This document shows, piece by piece, positions 37,760-48,575 of a stretch of DNA of 64,000 nucleotides. The DNA comes from Hypanus sabinus. Taxonomy: Eukaryota. Below the pieces are notes generated by a model that did no database searches, was not told the DNA's origin, and saw nothing but the letters and a program-made list of their open reading frames with translations. The first letter of the stretch is position 1. Each line of letters opens with the position of its first letter. The translations under genes were made by a program, and so were the position numbers. The stretch is from contig NC_082709.1 in NCBI RefSeq assembly GCF_030144855.1, positions 140,244,001-140,308,000 on the forward strand, written 5' to 3'.

Positions 37760-37824
37760 CTATAACTGAAACGGTTGGTGGTGTTGTACTCTGACCCTCA
37801 AAGAGACACTACCTGAGGTGAGAT
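37760..37824 (-). CDS. Candidate terminal exon of a convergent gene (DLTSGSVSLRVRVQHHQPFQL*)
   Basis: Strong minus-strand acceptor ttaacatttccgtcttatttgcaccatttctcacag|; frame chosen to match the phase-1 upstream candidate. Confidence 0.25.
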
Positions 37825-38247
37825 CTGTGAGAAATGGTGCAAATAAGACGGAAATGTTAACCCTATCAAATGCTGCTTTAAAATAGAGCAGGATGTTGCA
37901 TTACATGAGAAACTGCACCACAGCTATTTTGGAACTGGTAAAAATGAATTATGTTTTGGATTTAAAAATTTCATGAAACTTTGATGAAATTGCTGATACC
38001 ATTATAGCAGCAGGAAAATAGTGCAGTTGAACTTCAATCTTAGAAATTCTCAGAAGCATATAATGAGGTCAGTTATGCCAACATATTTAATTTTGTTTTA
38101 ATCAGTTCTTTAGTAAGCCCCATCTACACACTCCTGTTATATTTCAGATTAAGTGCCATAATTCAGCTCGGGAGTGAGATATTGTAGGTCCTAACATAAC
38201 TCCGGAAACCATGGTGTGTTTGTTTTGGCAGAGTTTCCAAACATTAC

Positions 38248-38280
38248 CTCTTATAAAAGAGTAGCAGAGGGCAGCATCAC
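38248..38280 (-). CDS. Candidate ITIM-like tail exon (GDAALCYSFIR)
   Basis: Acceptor ttatttgtcctccacag|, donor GAG|gtaatg, 33 nt, phase 1-1, L-x-Y-x-x-I. Confidence 0.3.
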
Positions 38281-39474
38281 CTGTGGAGGACAAATAATCC
38301 TATAGCCATGCCTGCATTCACTAGCCTGGCCTTGTAGCCAGCAGGGGTATGTACATACCCATTGGCACCCACCAAGCCATGAAGCTCATGGCTTAATACT
38401 GAAATTGTAAAATTCACCATGGAATGTGCTGTGGCCAGCAATAAGGTATCCTAAAATACCACCTGAAGAATTCCAAAGCATTAATTTGTACCTTGACCTT
38501 ATCACACTGAATATTTATGTCCAGAAAAAAAGACTCATATATTAATTATCCAAATTCTGACAAAACTGATTTTTAGCAACGTAGAATTTTACAATGCTGA
38601 AAAAGAAATTTGCTCATTTCCACTTATGTATTTAAAAAACATACAGATTTCTTTCAAAAACTGAAATGTATTTTGCTCTTTTCTCTAGTACATGCAAGGC
38701 AAACAAATACGTTATAATTTTACATACATGACAAAACACAGCTTTTCTCTTGATCTGCTAATTGCTGACTTATGAAGAACGGTTAGTCCCTTTCTATATC
38801 AGAATTTTAAATGCCTAGCAGAGCATCTCTTTACCTGCTTTCTGTTAATTAAGCTTCAGGAACCGTGGTGAAATGTACTTACTGATCTAGATACTATTTG
38901 TTCATTTGCCTTTTATAAATAAAACCTTTTTGATGCAAAGTTCATGTCTTTGGATAATTTCTTATTAATTCTTTTCAGAGCGGAGGTTGAGCTACCAGCA
39001 TAAGTTCTCGAACATAAATTCCCTATTTGCATAACATGTGAAGATAAGGAGGTGCAGAAAAGAGGCTGAAGAATAGATAGATGTTACAGGAATCAGGGGA
39101 GAAAGTGCATAAATTCCAAATTTTCATCAATGCTTCTGGTATTATTTGTCTACTCTGCATCAGAAGTAACGTAAGATACTTTTTCCAATGTGGCTGGTGA
39201 ATCCTGAACACTACCAAACAAAAATGCCTATAAAGGTATATGCAATAGTATCCATTGTAACTTCAGGAAATATGGCCCTTGCTTATCCATCTTATGGATC
39301 TCCTTCCAAAGTTATAGCAAATGGACTGCATAGATATTTAACTACTTGATTTACTTTAAATAAGGTAATTAAGATGAAATTCATGAAACACTAAAATATT
39401 CAGATATGAGCTTCTTAGGTTATCTGGTCAATGGGGGAAAGTTCTGCTCTTCCAGATGTTTCTTTAATAACAAC

Positions 39475-39524
39475 CTGATCCCCCAGTTGCAGAAGGTCCA
39501 CCATTCTCATTGTCATACAGTTCC
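39475..39524 (-). CDS. Candidate tail exon (ELYDNENGGPSATGGS)
   Basis: Acceptor catttattatatccag|, weak donor CAG|gttgtt, 50 nt, phase 2-1, Y-x-N motif. Confidence 0.25.
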
Positions 39525-39639
39525 CTGGATATAATAAATGAACATCAGTTTTGCTCTGAACCTTGGATATTTGATTACTTGTCTCTCACATATTTTGCCT
39601 TTCGAACCAAATAATTTTGAGGCTTGGTTCTCATTCAAC

Positions 39640-41350
39640 ATGACAGAGCCATGGCAGTGGAACCATTTCTGTACTTAATGCAAATGGCCCAACCAATCCA
39701 TTGTCCCCTTCTCTGTTAGGTTTGATTAATTGAAGGTGCTGGGGATCTGGTTTGGAGGAGCCAACAAGAATTGGCTGGAGCAGATTGGGAAGGCACACTA
39801 GAAACTGGGATGATAGGAGGACATTCCCGCTCAATAACTGGGAAGAAATTGGACATCAGGTGTGAAATCCTCTCAGGGATGCTTTACGGTGTGGGTGTGG
39901 TCGACCCTGCCAATCCCACTTGAAAATCTCCCTAACTGTTTTCAAGTTCAGTTGGGAATTCAAAATGGAGTGAGTCAGATGGGTAATGATGCACAAGTCT
40001 CTGGATAACAGGGGCAAAAATGGACCTAATGTTTCCCTCGCGCTGATGACCACCTTCAGGCACTATGTACCACTATGTACTGAGATACAGTCTGTCCCTG
40101 GTATTGTGAAAAATGGGTCTGACCACATTGCCATGCAACATCCCAGACAGTTGAACACTGCCACACCATCTGCCCTTTGTGGAAAGTTCTCCTGGACCAA
40201 CACCTTTGACCACAAGTCCATCAGGTAGCGCTCAGCTCAGAACTTCCTGCAGATACTACAGGAGAAGGTCTCAATGGACTCATTGGTGTGGTTCACTCAG
40301 CAGACTGTAGAAACCAAATGGAAAATGCTTCATCACCGACAGGCAGCCAGGCCTTGCTGGGCTGGCAGTGAGAGGGACCCTCCTAGTCAGATCCATCCTG
40401 CAAGCCTGGAGCATCACTGTCACTGCATATTGCCTGCAGGATGACTGAAAGGTTGAACAAGTTAGGTCTTTATTCTTTGGAGCATAGAAGGTTGAGGGGG
40501 GACTTGATAGAGGTATTTAAAATAATGAGGCGGATAGATCAAGTTGACGTGGATAGGCTTTTTCCATTGAGAGTAGGGGAGATTCAAACAAGACATGATT
40601 TGAGAGTTAGGGGGCAAACGTTTAAGGGTAACATGAGGGGGAATTTCTTTACTCAGAGAGTGGTAGCTGTGAGGAATGAGCTTCCAGTAGAAGTGGTAGA
40701 GGCAGGTTCGGTATTGTCATTTAAAGTAAAATTGGATAGGTATATGGACAGGAAAGGAATGGAGGGTTATGGGCTGAGTGCAGGCCAGTGGGACTAGGTG
40801 AGTGTAAGCGTCGGCATGGACTAGAAGGGCCGAGATGGCCTGTTTCCGTGCTGTAATTGTTATATGGTTATATGTAGTGGGTGTTGCTCACTTCTTTGTG
40901 AACTGTGGGTTTGTGAAGAGTATATGGAGATGTGTGAAAGATGCAAGGGCCTGTATCACACTTCATTCTGTGCAGCTGCACAAAAGCAGACTCTGTGATC
41001 TATGTGATGTTCCCAGGGGTACACAGAGAAACAGACATCAAGTGCTGCTGGAAAATCATCAGCTTGGCGAAAGTCACCTTTTGGTCTGCCTAAAGCCAAA
41101 AGGTTTCCCTGCATATTGTCAGTAGAAGTATGCTTCTGGCTAGCACACTCCAGGCTGCAGAAGTATGTGCTGTGGACACACTGAGGCTCAGTGTAAGGCC
41201 ACTGTGGGGAAGGACCATAGAGCTGGGTTCTTCAAGTTACTGAAGTTGTGGGGGGGGGGGGGGTGTTTGGTTGGATGTAGAAGCCTCTCATTTATCGTAA
41301 TAAATGTAACAGCCCAGAGGACCACATGTGTAGCAACAGTCTTCTTGGTT
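39640..41350 (+). mobile_element. Decayed Tx1-like LINE 3' fragment interrupted by CR1
   Basis: Resembles the Tx1 ORF2 C-terminus with a Cys-rich end; heavily mutated. Confidence 0.45.
40437..40870 (+). mobile_element. Well-preserved CR1 3' end
   Basis: ORF ERLNKLGLYSLEHRRLRGDLIEVFKIM...FFTQRVV...KLDRYMD plus 3'UTR. Confidence 0.9.
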
Positions 41351-41579
41351 TAAGAGATCTAATAGAACATTACTTCATGCATTGTTTATGTTGTGGTCGT
41401 TATTGAGGGACAGTCCAGAGCACACCAGGACTCCAGCATGCAGGATACCTAACTGAACTTTATTGATACCTGTTTGTACACGATGTGAACTCCACCCATG
41501 TGGGAGTAGCTAACTGAGTGTCATAGGAATAACACTATTAACTACCACTACATCTCCCCTTTTTGAAAAAAAAGCAAAA

Positions 41580-42070
41580 CTAGGAATGAACACGAAGAAA
41601 TCTGCAGATGCTGGAAATTCAAACTACACACACAAAATGCTGGTGGAACGCAGCAGGCCAGGCAGCATCTATAAGTAGAAGCACTGTCGACGTTTCGGGC
41701 TGAGACCCTTCGTCAGGACTAACTGAATGGTAAGATAGTAAGAGATTTGAAAGTAGGAGGGGGAGGGGGAAATGCGAAATGATAGGAGAAGACCAGAGGG
41801 GGTGGGATGAAGCTAAGAACTGGAAAGGTGATTGGCAAAAGTGATACAGAGCTGGAGAAGGGAAAGGATCATGGGACGGGAGGCCTAGGGAGAAAGAAAG
41901 GGGGGAGGAGCATCAGAGGGAGATGGAGAACAGGCAGAGTGATGGGCAGAGAGAGAGAGAAAAAAGGAAACTACTAAATATGTCAGGAATGGGGTAAGAA
42001 GGGGAGGAGGGGCATTAACAGAAGTTAGAGAAGTCAATGTTTATGCCATCAGGTTGGAGGCTACCTAGCT
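41580..42070 (-). mobile_element. PLE 3' end (GIY-YIG tail and terminal repeat)
   Basis: Near-mirror of 10640-11148. Confidence 0.85.
41686..41719 (-). ncRNA. Intact minimal type I hammerhead ribozyme motif
   Basis: Minus strand reads guc-CUGACGA-A-ggg(ucucag)ccc-GAAAC-GUC^gac: 3-bp stem I, 3-bp stem II, palindromic ACGU stem III; predicted cleavage between 41689 and 41688. Confidence 0.75.
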
Positions 42071-42199
42071 GGTCTAGAAGGTATATAAGATATATATAAA
42101 CTAGAAATGTACTTCCTATCTAGAGAACTGCACTGAAATTATAGTCACTGAAATTGAGTGATTCAGTTCACTTTACCCACACGTAAACATAAAAAAGAA

Positions 42200-45100
42200 C
42201 TGTCGAGGATGTGGGGTTTCAAGATGGCGGTGCGGTGAAAAGACTGCTTTGCTGAGCTCAGCACTGCAACACCAGTAATTTTGCATATAAACCTCTCTGT
42301 TTCAACCTTTTTTAAAATGCTCAAGTGTCAGATTTAATAACATGAACATTGATGAGTATTTTTTTGAGCTGCTTCAACACCATGCCATTGTAAGGTACTA
42401 AATAGGTGGCCAAGATGGACTGCACAGAGGGCTCGCCCAGGGCTGAGGAGCTCGCTGCTGCTAGCAATGCTAACACGTTGGACCCTGCTTTTCATCAAGT
42501 AATTCAGGAAGTTACTGAGAACGTATCCAAAATGATGGACAAGAAGATGTCTCCACTCTCTCCAGCACTCCAAATCCACACATTGGAGTTTAAAAATCTC
42601 GATACAAGAACGACTGAGTCCGAGGGCTGAGTCTCCGCAGTAGAGACTGTAGCTGATCAGGCCCAAAACTGCATCTGGGCACAGGAGAAGCAAGTTCAAA
42701 GCCTGTCTGACCATATTGATGATCTTCAGAACAGAGGTAGGAGGAAGATCATCGGTCTACCTGAAGGTATAGAAGGCAGCCAACCTGCGAAGTATTTTGA
42801 GGGCTGGCTTTATTTCACCTTTTCATTACTCGACAGCAAGATATCTTATAGGATGGGTAACGTGTTTGTTTTGATTAATACAGTTTCATCATTTGTTTAA
42901 ATTAGCGGTGCTGCTCCTGCCTGAAGGAGTTTAAACATGACGGTAACAAATTGGTGGATTAATAAATTATGCCCTGTTTTCATTTTTGACTATGTTAAAT
43001 GCCATAATGGCAGTGGGCAGAATATGGGGTGCTAGAAGCTTCAGATATCCCCTTCAAGTGTGGGGTAAGTCCTCTTGTTCAGCGCTATTGGCGCTTTGTT
43101 TCTGTGTGTAGTTTTTTTTATTTACTTACCGCTGCTCAGCTGATCTTAAGTCGGGTTTCTTCTCCTCCGGAGTCACATGATTGTTACAAAGGGTTATGAC
43201 CAGTAATATATTGAAATTGTGCACTTGGAACGTTAAGGGGAGTCATTCACCAAGAAAATCCTACTAAGCCTGAGAAAGGAAAGGGTGGATATAGCCTTAT
43301 TGCAGGAGGCACATTTAAATGATAAAGAACATCTAAAACGGCAACAGAGTGGATTTAATCAAGTCTATTTTTCACCTTTTAATACCAGGAGTAGGGGAGG
43401 TGGCCATTTTAATTAGGAAGACCTTACCTTTTAAGTTATTAGACTGCATTAAGGGTAAGTATGGGAGATTTGTGATTGTTAAGGCTTCAATATATGGAGA
43501 GAAATATGGTATTCTCAATGTTTAATGCCCTCCAGCTCATCCTCTCAAATTCCTAACAGATGCTTTTTCCCAATTTACAAGCTTTTCAATACAAAACATT
43601 ATTTTATGTGGGGATTTTAATTGTCTCATGGACAGAGTGCCTCATGGTCCACCATTGCTGTCCTCACAGTCCAAACAAATCATGGGCTTACGTGGAGAAC
43701 TGGGACTTCTGGATGTCTGGAGATTGTTACATCCCTCAGTCAAAGACTTAACATTTATTTCTAATCTACACAAGTGTTACACCAGAATCGACTTTTTTCT
43801 AACCCCCAAAATGCTCCTAGATTTAGTTGTATCCTGCACAATTGGAAATATCACTATTTCTGACCATGCAGCAGTATATTTAAATATTAAGCCCAAAGAT
43901 AATTCAGCACGATCTAGACATTGGAGGCTAAATCCTTTTATTCTAAAAGATAACAAATTTATAGACTACTTCCGAATTCAAAACTTTCCTACCTATTAAT
44001 TCCAAATCAGCTAGTAGTCCATCGATGCTCTGGAAAACCGCTAAGGCCTATGCAAGGGGATTAATTATCTGCTACTCTGCTAGTAAGAAGCGACAAGCTG
44101 CGGAACAGCAGCGCCTAGTGGAAGCAAGGCTTGCGGCAGCTGAGAAGGATTATATTAATAAGCCTTCTGCAGCCAAGTTACAGAAGATCACAGCTCTGCG
44201 CTATACACTGAACTCTTTACTTACACTAGCAGCCAAAAGAAAATTGACATTTGCTAAACAACGATTGTTTGAACATGGTGAAAAAATAGGTAGGTATTTG
44301 GCTTATTTAGCTAGAAAGAAAAATGCCTCTCAGACTATTGCTTCAATTAGGGATGGGACAGGAGCCCTCATTAGTAATTCTAAAATGATTAATGTTGTGT
44401 TTAAGAATTTTTATTCTAAACTGTATCAATCTGAGCAATGTAACGATGGACAAACTAGGATGGAGTCCTTTGTCAGGAATTTAGATCTCCTAGGCATTTC
44501 CACTGAACAAGAGACCCTCCTCAATGCTCCGATATCTATACATGAGATACAGGAAGCTGTGAGACAGCTCCAAAGTGGGAAGACTCCTGGTCCTGATGGA
44601 CTCACTAGTGAATTCTATGAAAAGTTCACAGGGTTATTATCAGAGTCTATGCTAAACATGTTCAATCATGCATTTAATTCTGGTCTCCTCCCACCATCAT
44701 TGAGAGAAGCTATCTCCCTAATTCTTAAGAAAGGAAAGAACCCTGAAGATTGTGCCTCCTATAGGCCTATTTCATTGGTAAATGTTGACTTTAAAATCTT
44801 ATCTAAAACCTTAGAGTTGTGATTAGAAACTGTTACCTTTTATCATAATAGCTGATTAAATATGTTTTGTAAAGGACCATAGATCATCTAACAATATCAG
44901 AAGATTACTTAATGTGATTCAGGCATGTCAGCAACAGGCAGTGGGCAACTTGGTGGTTTCCTTAGATGCAGAAAAGGCCTTTGATCGTGTCGAATGGCCA
45001 TATCTTTTTATCACTTTAGAACAAATTGGTTTGGGCAGTAATTTTACTAAGTGGGTGAAGGTTCTTTATAATGACCCTTTGGCTGTGATTCTCACTAACG

Positions 45101-45955
45101 GTATTAGGTCAGATAATTTTAGTATTCTGAGGGGCAGCCGGCAGGGCTGCCCTTTATCACCGCTACTTTTCATACTAGTGATCGAACCATTGGCCGAGGC
45201 TATTCGGCGAGACCCCAAAATATCTGTTCCAGGCATAGGACTAAAGGCACATAAAGTTACATTGTATGCGGATGATGTTCTATATTTCTTATCAAACCCT
45301 GCTATATCGGTGCACCACCTTATACGATGCATCAGTTCATTTAGCACCTTTTCAGGTTACAAAAGCACCTCTACTAAATCAGAGGCTACGCCTCTGCAGA
45401 ATCTGCAGCAGGTACCTGACACTCAGGGTGTTTTCCTGTTTAAATGGTTGTAGGCAGGTTTGGTTTACTTAGGCATATTTATCACACCTACGTTTGATCA
45501 ATCGTTGAAAGCTAACTTTACACAGTTATTTGACAAAATCAAACAGGATCTTGAGCGATGGAGCACTCTTCCCATTTCTTGACTTGGCTGAATATCCTTG
45601 CTCAAAATGAACATTCTTCCTCGTCTGCTCTACCCAATACGAATGATTCCAGTCATTTTTACCCAACAGATACTTAAAAAAATAAATGACTTGTTTGTTT
45701 CTTTCATCTGGAATCAAAAAAGACCCTGTATTAAAATGTCTAAGTTACAGCTTTCCAGTAGTCTGGGGGGTCTGGATTTTCCAGAGATCAAAAAATATCA
45801 ATTAAGTTCCTTTTTATCTTATGTGGTTGACTGGGTTTGCAGAGAGCCCTCCTCAATTTGGTTAAACATTGAAGCTTCACAACCAAAATGTTCTCTTATT
45901 AATTTGCTTTTCCTCAATAAGATGAATTTGTCACAATCCAATAACAATTAATACA
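42200..45955 (+). mobile_element. L1/Tx1-clade LINE, disrupted ORF1 and ORF2, 3'-truncated
   Basis: ORF1 DDLQNRGRRKIIGLPEGIEG; ORF2 EN TWNVKG...YTRIDFF...ISDHAAV; RT TPGPDG...YRPISL, SLDAEKAFDRVEW, RQGCPLSP, LYADD; stops and frameshifts. Confidence 0.92.
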
Positions 45956-46565
45956 GTCAGGGCTTGGAGGGCGGACAAAGGGTCTCGGCCCGAAATGTCG
46001 GCAGTGCTTCTCCTATAGATGCTGCCTGGACTGCTGTGTTCCACCAGCACTTTGTGTGTGTTGTATCTGGAATTTGAAAGTTTTGTTATGCTGAGCAAAA
46101 AATAAAAATAAAAATAATTTTAAAAAGGAATTGTCAACATTATAACTGTCTTTCTCTTTGTTTTGTTTAATGCTCTCTCTCGCTCTGTTTTCCTTTTTTC
46201 CACTAATTCCTTTTTTTTAAGAACAGACTAATTTTGTGAAATATTTTCAACATTATAACTCTTAAAAAAAACACAAAATCTAAGGAAGGTCTGCTAGACT
46301 ACCTGAACACTCTCGCAAAGTGAGAGGGTTGTTTAATCAATTGCTCTAAGCTACTAGGCTACAGAGTATATCTCTGTGATGGGACAGATAGATGACCCAA
46401 TAAGGTATAGAAAGCGTTGGTGCGGATGGCGATTCTTGAACAGGTGTCCACCTCAGGAAAGTGGTCCTCATCATAACAATCAGGCCACCCTTTTTCTTTC
46501 TCCACCTTTTGTGGACTTCGAAGGCACTCGAGCGCACAACTGTTCCACCTTTGTTAAGTTGTCTC

Positions 46566-47379
46566 TGTTATGCCCGCAGCCCCCTCCTTTGTGAGAATCA
46601 CAAGAGCACTAGTTGAGGGGGGGGTCAGTAGACCCAGGAAATGGGAGAGAGACGTGCCGGATGCCTCGTTCCCCAGCGATGCAAAATAACGTGACATTGA
46701 CCATTGTCTCCTGGAGACCATGTTTGTGGATTGGGGACTATGCTACGTGCAAGCCCTCGGGCAAAGTGGGCTGGTTGAGAGAGAGATTGCATCATCCCAA
46801 CCTGATTGACATCTGAGACGCCGTGAGGAAGTATAAAAGAGGGTCTGGGGGAACAACCCCTTCAGACGCACCAGAAGAAACGCTAACAATCCCGTAGTAG
46901 CGGGAAGCCACTGGAAGGAAGCCACGTGCGTTCGGTTCCCCTTTGCTTGGGAGCCGGTGGCAGGTACCACAGAACCGATGTTCTTGAACTAAAAACGGGG
47001 AACCAATTTCCCCGATTCAACAGATTTGCTTCATAAAAGACCCGGGCAAGTTTCTTTTCTCACAAATCTCTCTCTCTCTCCAACAAGTGAAAACCCAGCG
47101 GTCCCCAAAGGCTGAATCCTGCAGGAACTGAGTGACTTTTATATTTCCATCGGACAATATATTATCCCCTAGACAAACGATCAAGCTGTTTCTTATTGAT
47201 GGTAATTATTAGACCCCCGCTTTTAGATTGAGTAGTGACGACGTATATTATCTGAATGTTTGTATTAATCTTATCTTTGTGCCCCTTTATAAATAAAGAC
47301 TTTTAAAAATAGTACCATCAGACTTCAATGGACCTCTCTATCTTTGCTGGTAAGTGACCTAAGTGAGGGGTATGTAACA
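46566..47379 (+). mobile_element. Solo LTR (814 bp)
   Basis: TGTTA...TAACA termini, 4-bp TSD TCTC on both sides, TATAAAA at 46832, AATAAA at 47292. Confidence 0.85.
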
Positions 47380-48129
47380 TCTCCATGCTGTGTTGTCTCT
47401 TAATTTCTCATTTTGTGCAAGTCTAGTGTACGAGGTTAAAGAAGGGAAGGAAGAATGGGCAGGCTTGTTCCCGTTCTCTGGTCCATTGAGAGCTCTGATG
47501 GAATGTCGCCATTCATAAGAGGTGTGGAGCAATAAGCTGGTAGTGCTTTGTTGAGTTCTTTTGCCTTCAGTAAGAAACTGTTAACAGTTTGCACTGCTCT
47601 TTCTGCTTCTCGATTTGCTTGTGGGTACTGTGGACTTCTTGTCTGGTGTTTGAACTCATAGTCCCTAGCAAAGGCTTTGAATTCTGAGCAGCTGAATTGT
47701 GGACTGTTGTCTGACACAAATGTCTCTGGTGAGTAATATAGATTTCAGGTGCTGCACAACTGCTTCTGAGAATTTAGAGGACAGCCTGGACAACTCAACA
47801 TTCCATGTGTAGTAATCCACAGTGAGAAGATATATCTCTTTTTATCTTGAAAATGTCTGTGCCTGCAATTTTCCATGGAAAATCTGGGAATTCCTTTGGG
47901 CAGAGAGGCTCAGAAAGATTTTTGTGCTGTTTTCTGCATGTCTCACAGTGTTTGACATAATCTCCCAGCTGTGTGCTCAGACTGGACCATTACATGCGGT
48001 GCCTTGCTCTTAGATGGCATTTATCGATGCCTTGATGTCTTTGCTGGACTTGACTGGTGATCTTGGTGTTCATAGAATAGGAATGAGGAGTCTAGAGTCC
48101 CTTAGCAGTAAACCGTCAAGAATGGTGAG

Positions 48130-48575
48130 TGCGTCTCTTTCAAGCCAATGGTTTCTGGGTAGCTTCCAACCTGATGACATGAACATTAATTTCTTGAACT
48201 TTTGGTAGTTGCCTCTCTTTTACCATTCCCCATTCCTGTTTCTCTTTCTACCTTATCTCCTCACCGGCCTATCACCTCCCTCTGGTGCTCCTGCCCCTTC
48301 CCTTTCTTCCATGAGCTCCTGTCCTCTCCTATCAGATTCCCTCTTGTCCGTCCTTCTTTCACCAATCAACTTCCCAACTCTTCACTCCGACCTCTCCCCC
48401 TTTCCCCTAGCACCTACCAGCTTGTACTTCCTCTCCTCCCCCCAACTTCTTACTCTGATTTCTTCTCTTCATCTCTAGTCCTGATGAAGGGTCTTGGCCT
48501 GAAAATTCGACTCTTTACTCTTTTCCATTGATGCTGTCTGGCCGGCTGAGTTCCTCCAGCATTCCGTGTGTCTTG
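48130..48575 (+). mobile_element. PLE 3' end inserted in the Gypsy pol
   Basis: LGSFQPDDMNINF GIY-YIG tail, pyrimidine-rich repeat, hammerhead at 48477-48512. Confidence 0.8.
48477..48512 (+). ncRNA. Minimal hammerhead variant with AAUU stem III and UUC cleavage triplet
   Basis: aguc-CUGAUGA-agg(gucuugg)ccu-GAAAAUUC^gacu; 4-bp stem I. Confidence 0.55.

Noticed and set aside
42200-45955. L1/Tx1 as an active element or domesticated gene
   Set aside because: Stops and frameshifts in both ORFs, and the 3' end is truncated.
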